This document shows positions 48,286 to 58,734 of a stretch of 64,000 nt of DNA, one piece after another. The position numbers and the translations under genes were made by a program. How positions within the stretch are numbered: the first letter of the stretch is position 1; each line of letters opens with the position of its first letter. The notes beneath the pieces are model-generated. The model saw only the letters and a list, made by a program, of their open reading frames with translations. It did no database searches and was not told the origin of the DNA. The stretch spans positions 1 through 64,000 of IMG/VR virus record IMGVR_UViG_3300032214_000715, one strand, 5' to 3'.

Positions 48286-49037
48286 ACTATTTGTAACTCT
48301 TTTGATAAGTCTGGAATATCAAAAATCCATTGTTCAAGCATGTATTCGCTATAGTAGTCAAATGGCATGTAAAAGTAGCCCGCATCGCCCCAGTTTTTCC
48401 CAAAACTGTTCTCAACGATAAACACTTTTTTGGAACTGTCGTATCCAACTAATAACACCGCGTGACCTTCTGATGATCCTACATCTTCGGTTATTATTGA
48501 ACGCTCTTCGGTCAAATCGTAAAATGATTCAAAAACTTCAATGCCAGAAACAACAGGATAATAATTATTTATGGCATCTATTGCGTCCGCGATACTGACC
48601 AATCGTTCATATTTAGTAATTTGTCTATGTTTTGCCTCAGCGTATGCTTCATCGCTTGGTTTAGCAAACAAATTGTTTAATGTATATGGCCAAATAGATT
48701 CTTTACACACTCCGTATGTTTTTAAGCCACGCAGACCACTTTTGATGCTGGCCCCACTGTCCCAAGTTACAGTGTCTTCGTATATTCGTGCGTTGTAATA
48801 TACAAACATTCTACTAAGTTCGGTATAGTGTTCTGGATATAAACGTTGAGTCATTAATTCATACGCACTCACCAACGCATTTCCGGTACAACTGCCAACT
48901 TGTTGTTGATTCTCAATCAACATTCCCCATTGACGCAAATCAATCGCATCGGCGGATTGTTTTCCAGAATTAGAATATATGTAATTGTTAATATCCGGAT
49001 CGCTGCTCTTGTATCTTGAAGTTTTTAAAATATTCAT
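48282..49037 (-). CDS. Papain-like cysteine protease (C1A)
   Basis: NQQQVGSCTG (Cys), GHAVLLVGY (His), ENSFG..WG..GY (Asn). Confidence 0.92.
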   Translation of the reverse strand: MNILKTSRYKSSDPDINNYIYSNSGKQSADAIDLRQWGMLIENQQQVGSCTGNALVSAYELMTQRLYPEHYTELSRMFVYYNARIYEDTVTWDSGASIKSGLRGLKTYGVCKESIWPYTLNNLFAKPSDEAYAEAKHRQITKYERLVSIADAIDAINNYYPVVSGIEVFESFYDLTEERSIITEDVGSSEGHAVLLVGYDSSKKVFIVENSFGKNWGDAGYFYMPFDYYSEYMLEQWIFDIPDLSKELQIV

Positions 49038-49091
49038 CGGTCACTCGCTCTCTATGCTACTTGAATGTGAAAGATATGACATGTTGTCTTC

Positions 49092-49754
49092 CTATGATTT
49101 GTTATTTCTTCTCAACGAATCTAGAATGTTAGTTATTATTCTCGTTGACGTTGGAGTTCTGTTCTCTATCTCATTGGCAACTTTTAGACGAGTGTATGCT
49201 AACAAATTATCAGGAAGATTGAAGTTCTTCATGCCAGGAATTTTTTCACTATCATTTTCAAGTGCTTCAATCTGAGATACATTTGGTTTAACTTCAGCTT
49301 GTTTATTCTCTACTGTTTCTGTTTTATTTTCTGTTGGCGGAAGTTCTTTAACTTCTTCCTTAACTTCTTCCTTAACTTCTTCCTTAACTTCTGTAACTGG
49401 CTCGGCAACTGTATTCGTAGAGATGTCTTCAGTATTTTTAAGTTCTTCTTTCGGTTCTTCTTTTACTGATTCCTTCGGCTCTTCTATGATAGGTTCAATC
49501 ATTGGTTTTAATTTTTCTTCTTTTGATGTTTGAGCATCAACGAATTCCATTAGGCTACGAGCCTTTTCCAAAATTAGCGTTTCTGTTGGGAATGGAGGGA
49601 ATGAAGGATGTTCTAACTTTGTTCTACTAATCATCCATGCCTTCTCACTTTCAATTATCCACCGATTATGATCTTGCGCTTTCTTATCGTGATACTCAAG
49701 CATCAACAGTTCTTTTGCTATTTCTAGCATCTTAACATTAATATCTTTACTCAT
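49092..49754 (-). CDS. Hypothetical protein with EEVK low-complexity repeats
   Basis: 12-bp tandem units around 49346-49392. Confidence 0.6.
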   Translation of the reverse strand: MSKDINVKMLEIAKELLMLEYHDKKAQDHNRWIIESEKAWMISRTKLEHPSFPPFPTETLILEKARSLMEFVDAQTSKEEKLKPMIEPIIEEPKESVKEEPKEELKNTEDISTNTVAEPVTEVKEEVKEEVKEEVKELPPTENKTETVENKQAEVKPNVSQIEALENDSEKIPGMKNFNLPDNLLAYTRLKVANEIENRTPTSTRIITNILDSLRRNNKS

Positions 49755-49999
49755 GGGTATCTACGTCTTTCTGCTCTTAATTGATTTACGATAGAGTTTT
49801 GTTGAACATCATACATATAACCGAAATTGCTTATATTTTGGCTTACATTTGATAATTGACTATCATATATGTAGTTATTGTATGGATATGGATTATAGTA
49901 TGGACGATAGTATGGATATGGATTATAGTATGGACGATAATAATTATCATATCTACGTCTAAACATAACATCAGTATAGTAGTCGCCTAATCTTTTCAT
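49751..49999 (-). CDS. Tyr/Pro/Asn-rich small protein
   Basis: YYRPYYNPYP x2 (30-bp tandem duplication 49880-49939); GGAG SD. Confidence 0.6.
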   Translation of the reverse strand: MKRLGDYYTDVMFRRRYDNYYRPYYNPYPYYRPYYNPYPYNNYIYDSQLSNVSQNISNFGYMYDVQQNSIVNQLRAERRRYP

Positions 50000-50009
50000 A
50001 ATAATTCTC

Positions 50010-50597
50010 CTAGATAATGTGAAATGAGTTGTCGCGATAAAGTAGCGAGGCACTTTCGCATGACGCACTCATTGCGTATTCGTTATGAAATACGAATGTA
50101 ATATTGCGATTGCTTGATGAGTTCTCTTCTTTTACTACAAGAGCTTTACAATCTTTAATATTTCCGGGAAGTGTAAAAGTAACCGATCCATCACTAGTAA
50201 CGCCAATATAATAATCATCCATCGTAGCAGTGCGGTCTTGTGATACCAGAATTGTCTTGCTCCTCCGATTACACTTTCCAGTCGGGCCAATAAATTCTGA
50301 AGACTCTGATTCTCCACGAGTGCCAGTTTTTCCAGATGAGTCACTCTCTTCACTATATCCTTGTGAATCATCATTTCCAGATGGAGTAGCCGATCCTCTA
50401 TATCTCTGTGAACCTGTTGATCTAGTCGGTTCGGTAGGTTCAGTGGGTTCTGAGAGAGATTTGTATCCATTATTATCTCCTTGATTTATTATAACGGTGT
50501 CGTTTTCGAGATCATCGTTAATGCCATTGTCGGCGAGGATGTCGGCTTGAACTACGCCTAAACTTGAAGTAGTTGCTATTAGAAATAAGTATGTCAT
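50010..50597 (-). CDS. Fibre-like paralog with decayed collagen segment
   Basis: ATTSSLGVVQ; xPT triplets; YYIGV...FTLP...VVKEE domain. Confidence 0.55.
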   Translation of the reverse strand: MTYLFLIATTSSLGVVQADILADNGINDDLENDTVIINQGDNNGYKSLSEPTEPTEPTRSTGSQRYRGSATPSGNDDSQGYSEESDSSGKTGTRGESESSEFIGPTGKCNRRSKTILVSQDRTATMDDYYIGVTSDGSVTFTLPGNIKDCKALVVKEENSSSNRNITFVFHNEYAMSASCESASLLYRDNSFHII

Positions 50598-51073
50598 AGT
50601 ATATTCCAACGTGTTCCATCAAACACCACAATCATACCAGACTCGCTACCTAAAGTTTTAAAAGCAGCGCCGTCAAGAGTTTGCCCGCCCGATCCTTGAA
50701 CTTTAATATTTCCACGAGATTGATTTTTTACATAATAAACTCTACCAAGAATACCTGTAGGTAGAGTAATGGTTATGTTATTATTAGTAGCACCTACATA
50801 ATAATCATCATCGGTAATTGTGTAATTTGTGCTAGTTAATTTAACTTTGACCTTTTCACAGCAATCATCGTCTCCACCAGTGGCACTTAATACACCACTT
50901 GGAGTAATAGACAACCCACTACCAACCTGAACTACGCCCAAGCCAGTGGTAGTTGCTATAGCAGCATCCAATGTGACAGGAACAATACCTGCCGGCTGAA
51001 TCACACTTGGTGGGGGATTTTGTTTTAACGCAGTCCCCGCCAAGACGGTCTGTGGTTGTCTATTGTAAGCCAT
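50594..51073 (-). CDS. Fibre-like protein
   Basis: ATTTGLGVVQVGSGLSITPSGVLS; ITLPTG..G.VYYVKN...DGTRW. Confidence 0.65.
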   Translation of the reverse strand: MAYNRQPQTVLAGTALKQNPPPSVIQPAGIVPVTLDAAIATTTGLGVVQVGSGLSITPSGVLSATGGDDDCCEKVKVKLTSTNYTITDDDYYVGATNNNITITLPTGILGRVYYVKNQSRGNIKVQGSGGQTLDGAAFKTLGSESGMIVVFDGTRWNIL

Positions 51074-51074
51074 A

Positions 51075-51476
51075 TTATAAAATCAACCACTGTGTACCGT
51101 TATACACAAATGTCAATGATCCGTATGGTGCGTTGATAACAGCAGTTGCTGCCCCATCGATTGTGCCAGCAGTTGGTGTAATAGTAATAGGAGTTGCCGG
51201 AGCAGCCAATCCTAAACCATCTTTGATTGTGAACTCTTGACCCAGTACACCAGCTGGTAATGTTACTGCTACAGCAACTGGTCCGGGAACTGCTACATCA
51301 ATTATATTATCGGTTGCGGCTACTACTGTAATAGGAGTTGCCACTGCGGTTCTAATATCTACGATTGTAGCGCCACTCGAACTGATGGTAATAGTAGTAG
51401 CACCTGTAGCGGTTGTTGGTGTTACTGAGATGCCTGCTCCCGCGGCGATTGATAATGAGTTATTTGTATATGACAT
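51075..51476 (-). CDS. Fibre-like protein
   Basis: VTLPAGVLGQEFTIKDG...IDG...GSLTFVYNGTQW. Confidence 0.65.
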   Translation of the reverse strand: MSYTNNSLSIAAGAGISVTPTTATGATTITISSSGATIVDIRTAVATPITVVAATDNIIDVAVPGPVAVAVTLPAGVLGQEFTIKDGLGLAAPATPITITPTAGTIDGAATAVINAPYGSLTFVYNGTQWLIL

Positions 51477-51495
51477 TTAGTTTCTCCTTTTATGT

Positions 51496-52059
51496 TTATA
51501 CTTGTAATAGTGTCACTCTGACACTAACTCCCGATGGTATTGCTGGCGGACCTACTTGTGCGGGTACCGCCAGCAATTGAACATTTGTCGAATCGCTTAC
51601 CCAAGCAATTTGTAAATACTGTCCTGCTGTCATTGTCAATGTATAATTTGCTGCCAATAAACTGGTTGGCGTAGCATTGCTTATAAAAGTACTTGCGGTA
51701 CTGTTGGCAACGTCTGCTCCATTTAATCTTACCCAAAGTCGTATTTCAGCATTGGTAGCGCCACCTGTTAATTTTTCCATCTGCATGACATAAGTGAAAG
51801 TATAGTTTCCATTTTTACTCACTGTAAAATCTGTACCACCTACTACTGTCACGCCTTGACTTAATGTTGTGCCGTTTGCGGTTATGATGTTTATAGCATT
51901 GGCAACAGGATTAGTTTGTGTTGTCGTGCTAAAAAAATATCCAACATCTAATGCGGTCGTGGGATCAACGCTGACTATGCCATTTGAGACACTCAGTCCA
52001 GTGCCGGCGCGCATAATGCCCCAGTTGGAACTTGTCGCGAATGGCTCCTTGTAAGCCAT
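51496..52059 (-). CDS. Fibre-like protein with beta-sandwich (BclA/C1q-like) C-terminus
   Basis: GTGLSVSNGIVS; NGNYTFTY..Q...IRLWVRLNG. Confidence 0.55.
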   Translation of the reverse strand: MAYKEPFATSSNWGIMRAGTGLSVSNGIVSVDPTTALDVGYFFSTTTQTNPVANAINIITANGTTLSQGVTVVGGTDFTVSKNGNYTFTYVMQMEKLTGGATNAEIRLWVRLNGADVANSTASTFISNATPTSLLAANYTLTMTAGQYLQIAWVSDSTNVQLLAVPAQVGPPAIPSGVSVRVTLLQV

Positions 52060-52607
52060 CACACTATACTCCAATTAGTTCCGTTGAATACTAATTGTAA
52101 GCTACCAAAATTAGTGTTAATCGTAGCTGCGCCGCCATCAACTAGTTGTCCACCTGTACCTTGTACAGTAATTGGATTATTTGCCGCATCGCCAAAACAA
52201 TCTTTAACTATGTAAACTGTGCCTAATATTCCAGTTGGTAGAGTAATTGTAACTGGAGCATTGGTCAACACACATAAAAAATAATCGGTGCTTAGTGCTG
52301 TATACGTTGCGGTGGCAACATCAGTTACTGTTACTGGGCTAGGATTTCCTGATGGTCCTGGAGGACCTGATGGTCCTGGAGGACCTGATGGTCCCGGAGG
52401 ACCTGGTGGACCTGGTGGACCTGGTGGGCCTGGAGGGCATTCGCAATTTTCTCCTTGTATTACTTGTCTGACGTTAATAATATCATCACCTCCAGTTTGA
52501 AACTGTTCGGCATAATTTATCGCCTGTACGGCATAAGAAACTTCACTGGATCTTAATTGTTCCATTAAAGTTCTTAGTTCTATTAATCGTCTGTCTAATG
52601 AATCCAT
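52059..52607 (-). CDS. Collagen-like (GPP/GPS) fibre protein
   Basis: About 9 perfect G-P-P/S triplets then TITLPTG..G.VYIVKD domain. Confidence 0.75.
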   Translation of the reverse strand: MDSLDRRLIELRTLMEQLRSSEVSYAVQAINYAEQFQTGGDDIINVRQVIQGENCECPPGPPGPPGPPGPPGPSGPPGPSGPPGPSGNPSPVTVTDVATATYTALSTDYFLCVLTNAPVTITLPTGILGTVYIVKDCFGDAANNPITVQGTGGQLVDGGAATINTNFGSLQLVFNGTNWSIV

Positions 52608-52622
52608 TTACGATCTCCAAGC

Positions 52623-52648
52623 AAAAAAGGCGGGCATTTGCCCGCCTT
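52623..52648 (-). terminator. Rho-independent terminator inside the fibre operon
   Basis: AAGGCGGGC-AAAT-GCCCGCC-T6 on minus strand. Confidence 0.85.
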
Positions 52649-52658
52649 GAAGCTCACT

Positions 52659-53348
52659 TTAGCGAACGTTGTTTGATGTTGAAGTTTGTCCAACACCAGC
52701 CATTGTGCCAAAGTTTACCATTCCTTGACGAGTCTCTTGTAGTTGACTCTGGAATGCCTGTAGCTGACTGTTTAGAGCCTGCCACTGACCTTGGTCATAA
52801 CGGCCGCGCCAATGACGACCATCATCGAGAGCGGCAACCAATTCGGTATTACGCTCAATCAGATTACGATTCAACCCATCATCGTTGAGTCTATTGATCA
52901 ACTCGCGTGTTTTTTCTGCTTGTCCGTCAATCTTATCGCTTAGATAAGTTGACTGTCTAGCCAAATCTACTTGCGTCTTGAGTGCGTTGATCTCAGCGTC
53001 CTTAGCTGCGCCCATGAATCCGGCGACCATTGCCTGCTGTGCGGAGATGACTTGAGCACGGATGTCTTGCGTGTCGCGAGCAACGTCAAAGAAACGAGCG
53101 TCTAGACGATCTGCGTTGCGATCTACATCCGCTGTGATTCTTGATGTTGAATCAGTGATGCGACTGTTGATGTCGAAGCGTGCGTCCTTGAGAGAACCCT
53201 GCGTGTTATAGTCGCCTTTTAGACCTTCTTTGACGATTTCGTTTGTGTGCTCAACTGCCTCACGACGAATGTCGCTTAGACTTGCTGCTGTCTGTTCCGG
53301 ATAATTGTTTACAAAACCAGTAACAGTACCTGATACGATGTCTGCCAT
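52659..53348 (-). CDS. Coiled-coil hypothetical protein, higher GC
   Basis: AGGAG SD; helical heptads. Confidence 0.65.
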   Translation of the reverse strand: MADIVSGTVTGFVNNYPEQTAASLSDIRREAVEHTNEIVKEGLKGDYNTQGSLKDARFDINSRITDSTSRITADVDRNADRLDARFFDVARDTQDIRAQVISAQQAMVAGFMGAAKDAEINALKTQVDLARQSTYLSDKIDGQAEKTRELINRLNDDGLNRNLIERNTELVAALDDGRHWRGRYDQGQWQALNSQLQAFQSQLQETRQGMVNFGTMAGVGQTSTSNNVR

Positions 53349-53459
53349 AATTTTTTCTCCTAATAAAAAAATATGAGAGATTTTTACGTCTCTCATAACT
53401 ACTTACTAGAAGAAAAAGGCAGGTAAGTACTACTTGGGTTTATACTGTACTAAATAATT

Positions 53460-54194
53460 TTACATCAGACTGATGTTTTCTTTTTGTGTTTCTTTAGAAA
53501 ATACCGCTAACTGAGTTCTGTTACGAACTTTGTGCTTCTTTAGCAATGCGCTCATGTGTAATTTAACAGTGCTCTCACTTATGTTTAACATCTTGGCAAT
53601 AATCTTGTTACTGACGCCGCGATTGGCCACAAGATTAAAAATCTGACGCTGACGAGGAGTCAGATTAATAGTATTTTTAGATTCGTTGCTTTTTTTCTTT
53701 CGTGACAAAATTTCTTGTACTTGCGAAGGAATCGTAGTATCATTATTAATGATTGCTCGTAAAGACTTTGCGATTTCATCGTCACTAAACCCATCACCTG
53801 TTCTCAGACCAATGAATGAAACCATTGGCAAAGACATTACTTCTTTAATGTACTCGGCGGGTGTTTTTGTTCCCACCAAAATAACAATTTTTGTCTTACG
53901 TTGAACAAAAGCTCCGTTTTCGTCGCGAACTAGCGTACAAGTAAGAAGCGTGTTGATCGTATTAAGTAGAGCAAAAATATCAACATTGTTGACATGATAT
54001 AGCTGCTCCAAGTCAACACTGATATAATCACAGTAAAAATCTTCTTTGCTAAGTAGCGGTAACAGTTCCTTTACTCCGTCTAAAGAAACAAATTCTATTG
54101 GAAATTCTTTTACTAATTTGTCATGTAGACATTGCCCTTGACTAGGATTAATGTCTGGGCAAATTGTAATCATAATTTTGTTATCTTGTGTCAT
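53460..54194 (-). CDS. LuxR-family transcriptional regulator with receiver-like N-domain
   Basis: LTPRQRQIF...SNKIIAKMLNISESTVKLHMS...RNRTQLA. Confidence 0.88.
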   Translation of the reverse strand: MTQDNKIMITICPDINPSQGQCLHDKLVKEFPIEFVSLDGVKELLPLLSKEDFYCDYISVDLEQLYHVNNVDIFALLNTINTLLTCTLVRDENGAFVQRKTKIVILVGTKTPAEYIKEVMSLPMVSFIGLRTGDGFSDDEIAKSLRAIINNDTTIPSQVQEILSRKKKSNESKNTINLTPRQRQIFNLVANRGVSNKIIAKMLNISESTVKLHMSALLKKHKVRNRTQLAVFSKETQKENISLM

Positions 54195-54358
54195 GCTGTA
54201 CTCCCTTGTTTTGTGATGTGCTAAGTATATATGATTATTGTCACTGTGACTAGATATGCCCTGGTACAATATAGACTACAGTAGTAGTACTATTTTTGAC
54301 CAAAAGTAATCTGGTGGCTTATTTTAGTTACGAATAACTGAAGAAAAATTATATAGCG

Positions 54359-55207
54359 TTAGCTAATAGCCAAGCGTTGTTTGATTTCTGGGATTGCGTC
54401 ATCTACGTCAGGTGAATAAATCGCAATGATGTTTAGTAATTCATTTCTGACTTGAACTTGCTGTGATATTGGAATATTTCTGAATGCTTGTGATAGAGTT
54501 GGATTGGATCTAAAGAGTCTCACCAGATCAGGCTCATATTTTTTAAGAGTAGCAGAAGACAGTTTAGTTGAACCCGTGTTCGCTGTAGCAGTCGCTTGAG
54601 TGGGCGTAGAAACGGGATAGCTATCGCGTGGGTTAACTTCAACCGCAACGTTGCTAGTGTCTTCTGGATACACTGAGCGTAAATATTCTGCCAAATTCTT
54701 AAACTCATAGGGCATACTTCTTAAGTTTTTACCGTTTATATACACGTGTACATATCCATAGTCGCGAATCAATCGCTTGATAAGCGTGAATAATCGTTGT
54801 GATAGTGGGCTATTACCTAATCGCTCTACTTGACCATATGGCTCAACCAAATCAATGTTTTCAATACCAGATTTTGACCAATAAGCCCAGACATTTTGTT
54901 CTTTGCTTAGTGGATCTTTTCGCGTAGTGAAGTTAAGATAAACGCCCTGTTCGTCATCGTCAGATACCGCGTATTTTGCTAATTCTGGATCAGCAAGAAA
55001 GCCAGTAGGCTCCTCTTTTTTTGGAACTTCAATCGGTTTTAGCTGCTGTGCTACTTTTTGTTGACGCAGCGTTGCTCTTAACTTGTCCTGATTTACGGTA
55101 CTTGCTCGCGTAGTAGCAGAAGCAAGTTTTCTAGCCGCCAAAACTTCTTTTCGTTGTCTGACTTTTTCTGCCTTGCTTACTTCAACTATAATCTGATTAA
55201 TTTTCAT
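54359..55207 (-). CDS. Late protein with capsid-targeting-like N-terminus
   Basis: MKINQIIVE; ATAAATA 55229-55235. Confidence 0.6.
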   Translation of the reverse strand: MKINQIIVEVSKAEKVRQRKEVLAARKLASATTRASTVNQDKLRATLRQQKVAQQLKPIEVPKKEEPTGFLADPELAKYAVSDDDEQGVYLNFTTRKDPLSKEQNVWAYWSKSGIENIDLVEPYGQVERLGNSPLSQRLFTLIKRLIRDYGYVHVYINGKNLRSMPYEFKNLAEYLRSVYPEDTSNVAVEVNPRDSYPVSTPTQATATANTGSTKLSSATLKKYEPDLVRLFRSNPTLSQAFRNIPISQQVQVRNELLNIIAIYSPDVDDAIPEIKQRLAIS

Positions 55208-55234
55208 AATAAATATCCTGCTATTAGATATTTA

Positions 55235-55456
55235 TTATTTTAATTTATTAATTACTTCGTTGGCCTCTTCTAAAGAACTCGTAGTCACTACTTCATCTAT
55301 GTAATTTACTATCAACAGTTCCTGTAGAGCTACCGCCAGAGTGTGATCGGACTTACTTAATGATAGCTTCCAAAGTTCCAATTCTAGAGCATCGGGTATA
55401 TTCCACATGATGTCTAGCATTTCAATTTGTTTTGTAGTTAATCCAGTTATTATCAT
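55235..55456 (-). CDS. Hypothetical protein
   Basis: MIITGLTTKQIEMLDIMW. Confidence 0.55.
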   Translation of the reverse strand: MIITGLTTKQIEMLDIMWNIPDALELELWKLSLSKSDHTLAVALQELLIVNYIDEVVTTSSLEEANEVINKLK

Positions 55457-55491
55457 TGTTTTCTTACTAGTTGTATACACCACAATCTGAA

Positions 55492-55782
55492 TTAATGTAG
55501 TGTCTCGGTAAGTGGTAGAGCGAAATCATCAACCGCCTTCTTTAAATCTTCTATTTCCCATCCACTATCTACTAGAATTTCTATTAGTCTTGTAAATAAT
55601 GTAAAAGAGGCCATGCCCTGAACATAGTTTTCGTCACGATTATCAAAGTCAAAACTTTGTAATTTTGGCAATACGTCGTCTTCTAAGAATTCATCTACGA
55701 TATTACTGGTATAGTCAAATTCCCAATCTTCGTAAACAGCATCGTCTACATCCGCGCTAACTTCATTTGTTTCGTTTTTCAT
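55492..55782 (-). CDS. Acidic hypothetical protein
   Basis: AGGAG SD; late promoter about 55807. Confidence 0.6.
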   Translation of the reverse strand: MKNETNEVSADVDDAVYEDWEFDYTSNIVDEFLEDDVLPKLQSFDFDNRDENYVQGMASFTLFTRLIEILVDSGWEIEDLKKAVDDFALPLTETLH

Positions 55783-55858
55783 ATTTGCTCCTATAGTAGA
55801 CTTAAGTATTTATCTACTATAGCACAACTAGCAAGCCGAGTCACTATATTTAGTAGTG

Positions 55859-56290
55859 TTATTTGTACCGATAATTTATAGAGTCTACGTTTTCTCTGAA
55901 AATCACCGCGCCGTTTTTTAGATGAAATCTGCGAGCCATCTCTGTTTTTGGACTTAGTGTTACAAAAGTGTTTATGGTATTGAATTTTTCAGTGATGGCA
56001 GACAAACATTCACGCAACAATTGTGCTCCAGCGCCCGGGCAGTAACTCCATATGGTATAGAAAACCGCGGTAGTTGGACACGATGATGTTAGGATTAAAT
56101 CATTTACAGATTCTGGAATAAAATCGTGAAGACTTATACACACCATACTAGTTGGTCGTTGATTCTCAACTAAAGTGGCTATAAATCTATTTTCAGTAAC
56201 ACGAAATTCTCTTGAAATTTCTGGACGAACTGGGTCATCCTTAATGTATTCAATCAATGAGTCGGCGGTAGAGGTAATTAAATGTAGCAT
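55859..56290 (-). CDS. Hypothetical, possible GNAT-like fold
   Basis: FYTIWSY..GAG..LL, TLSP, RFHLKNG. Confidence 0.5.
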   Translation of the reverse strand: MLHLITSTADSLIEYIKDDPVRPEISREFRVTENRFIATLVENQRPTSMVCISLHDFIPESVNDLILTSSCPTTAVFYTIWSYCPGAGAQLLRECLSAITEKFNTINTFVTLSPKTEMARRFHLKNGAVIFRENVDSINYRYK

Positions 56291-56405
56291 AATAACCGTA
56301 TTTATGACGTAAAGTTAAAAATAGCATTTTATATAAAAAAATAGAGACTATATCAACTTAGAATCAATACTGTAACAGGAGTTTGATTTATTGTCAAGTA
56401 ATAAT

Positions 56406-56477
56406 GATAAATAAAGGTGTAGGTCACGGAATTGGCGTTCCCACCTACTCTAATGCTTACAAGGAGCAATCAGCATG
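56406..56477 (+). promoter_or_regulatory. Late promoter plus structured leader of GIY-YIG gene (copy 2)
   Basis: ATAAATA; GTAGGT/ACCTAC stem; GGAAT/GTTCC inner; TGCT/AGCA over GGAG. Confidence 0.7.
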
Positions 56478-57347
56478 TTTATTTATTACGTTTACGCATA
56501 CCTCAGAAAAGATGGCACACCCTACTACATTGGTAAGGGTAAAGGTTACAGGGCGTGGATAGATCACCGTAAAAAGAAGAATGGAAAACTTATTGGAGTA
56601 TCAACACCAACAGACAGAAGTCGAATAGTTCTTCTAGAGACTAATCTGAGTGAAGTTGGAGCATTGGCGTTGGAGCGTAGATACATCATTTGGTATGGAC
56701 GCAAAGACAACAAGACAGGAATCCTTAGAAACCTTACCAATGGTGGTGAAGGATTGTCAGGAATAGTTAGAGATCCTGTAAAATTTATGGGGGAAAAGAA
56801 TGGAATGTATGGTAAAAATCATACAGAGAAAGTTCGCACTGAGCACTCTCAAAGAATGCTTGGGAACAAGAATGGGTGTGGATGGGAACCTACTCCCGAG
56901 CAGCTTGCCAAGATGAGGCATCGTGCAAAAAACAGAGAACAGAAAGTCTGTCCTCATTGTGGAAAGAGTGTCAGCGGATCAAATTACACACGTTGGCATG
57001 GTGACAACTGTAGAGTTATTTTAGATCCAGTATTACTGGAGAAACGTGGATCAAAGTTTAGAAAAGAAAAGATAAAGTGCTTATATTGCGATGGTGAATT
57101 TATACCATGTAGGTATCATGAACTGCACGGGGAAAATTGTTCTAAAAGTCCTTCTAAAATTGCCACGCGAGAAGAGAATAGAAGAAGATCGTTAGACTTG
57201 AGACCAGAGTATACATGTGAATACTGTAGTATAAAGACAAAGACCCGCACCAACTACACGAGATGGCACGGGCCTAATTGCAAGGACAGTATCAGATGTC
57301 GTAGCGAGGAATCATTACTGCCTTCCTCATTACAAATTCTGGGGTGA
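56475..57347 (+). CDS. GIY-YIG-like homing endonuclease with CxxC-NYxRWHGxxC zinc repeats
   Basis: [18 protein letters not shown]; NLTNGGEG; three C-terminal Zn repeats. Confidence 0.8.
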   Translation: MFIYYVYAYLRKDGTPYYIGKGKGYRAWIDHRKKKNGKLIGVSTPTDRSRIVLLETNLSEVGALALERRYIIWYGRKDNKTGILRNLTNGGEGLSGIVRDPVKFMGEKNGMYGKNHTEKVRTEHSQRMLGNKNGCGWEPTPEQLAKMRHRAKNREQKVCPHCGKSVSGSNYTRWHGDNCRVILDPVLLEKRGSKFRKEKIKCLYCDGEFIPCRYHELHGENCSKSPSKIATREENRRRSLDLRPEYTCEYCSIKTKTRTNYTRWHGPNCKDSIRCRSEESLLPSSLQILG

Positions 57348-58719
57348 ACTGCTCACTGTCTCCACTCAGCACTGCACTAGCGATAGCAGGTGAGAACCCA
57401 CTAACCAGTGCAACACCGCTCTCATCAAACTTGGCAGGTGCATGTCCTGAATGGTTTAGGTTCCAGAAAACGATGCGGGGCACTTGATAACCTGCTTCTT
57501 CGTATTGACGAGCGATCATTTGCATGGCACTCTCGGATACGCTTACAGACTGGTCAAAATTCATGTCACTTAGGATCACCAGAGTTCCTGGCATCTCAGA
57601 CTGACCTACGCCAGCATTGACTGCGGTTCTCAGGATCAACTCCATGGCCGCGTTCAAGTTGGTGTTCATGCCCCAATCACTCCTAGTCATCTGAGCGATC
57701 TTCTCGGTGATAGTGCCCTTCAAACGCAGCAGTTCCGGTTGTGCGCTGAAGGTCAGAAAACAGTCCTTGAATACGCCACTGTTCTTGTCAGCGAAGTACA
57801 GACCAAGACTCACAGCAACATCCATGCAAGACAACTCGCTCTTACTGTTACGACCACCGACCTTACAGGTCATACTGCCACTAACGTCTACTAGAGGCAG
57901 AACACTAGCGTCACCGATGAAGTCGGGCAGTGCAGCCCACTGTGCTTCAATCACCGCGATCTCATCAGCAGAGACTTCACTCTCACGCATCCAAGTGTCG
58001 ATAGGGGTGATGTGACCCTTCAACACATCATAGGGGTATACTGCGCTGGCCGAAATTTTTACACCGTCCTCACCCTTGATCAGAGACTGGACATACTCAC
58101 TGTACTTGGCTGTGTTGCGACCAAAAGCCTTCTTGTAACGTGCGTGAGCAACACTAGGAACATGGCTGAAGTTGATGTTGTCCCAGTCCTTGGCGCACAT
58201 CTGGGACTCCACGACCTTAGTCAGACCGACCAACATCTTGCGGTAAGCCTTAGGGCTCAGACCCATGAAGACGCGCAGTTCCAGTGCCAGCGGACCCTGA
58301 CGAGGCATCCACTTCGCGCACAGTCCGTTTCCAGACTTCAGCGCATCACTGATCATGGTGTATGCTACCTGCTTGAGTTCAGGTGTCATTACGACCAACA
58401 GATCGTCCCAACGGCCCAACTCAGGCAACTTGGTCATAAGACGCATTGCGTCCTGTGGGTAGTACTGCTCCATGTGAAGCAGAATGTCCCGAACCAGTTG
58501 TCGTTCGCCGCTACCACCACGAGCATCACGGATCCACTGTACCACGCGCAGTGTCAGTTCGCTGTCCTGCACGTATGCAGCTACGAACTTAGGCACAATG
58601 CCAACACCACGGGTAGCGCCGTAGAACAGGTCTATCACAGCGTTAGCGGTAGCCACACGTGCTACCATACCGTTCTCGGTAACGGTCAGTTGATTGTCGA
58701 TTGCTTGTGCGAATGTCAT
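57292..58719 (-). CDS. DUF2828-type vWA protein, Ro60/TROVE-related
   Basis: [44 protein letters not shown]. Confidence 0.85.
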   Translation of the reverse strand: MTFAQAIDNQLTVTENGMVARVATANAVIDLFYGATRGVGIVPKFVAAYVQDSELTLRVVQWIRDARGGSGERQLVRDILLHMEQYYPQDAMRLMTKLPELGRWDDLLVVMTPELKQVAYTMISDALKSGNGLCAKWMPRQGPLALELRVFMGLSPKAYRKMLVGLTKVVESQMCAKDWDNINFSHVPSVAHARYKKAFGRNTAKYSEYVQSLIKGEDGVKISASAVYPYDVLKGHITPIDTWMRESEVSADEIAVIEAQWAALPDFIGDASVLPLVDVSGSMTCKVGGRNSKSELSCMDVAVSLGLYFADKNSGVFKDCFLTFSAQPELLRLKGTITEKIAQMTRSDWGMNTNLNAAMELILRTAVNAGVGQSEMPGTLVILSDMNFDQSVSVSESAMQMIARQYEEAGYQVPRIVFWNLNHSGHAPAKFDESGVALVSGFSPAIASAVLSGDSEQFTPEFVMRKAVMIPRYDI

Positions 58720-58734
58720 TTATTTTTTCCTTTC

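Noticed and set aside
50135-50470. 111-aa alternative-frame ORF inside 50010-50597
   Set aside because: Typical off-frame product of a collagen-like repeat; no RBS
53420-54295. AGTAGTACT motif upstream of luxR and of the fibre operon as an operator
   Set aside because: Only 9 bp, AT-rich and in opposite orientations; too weak without more copies
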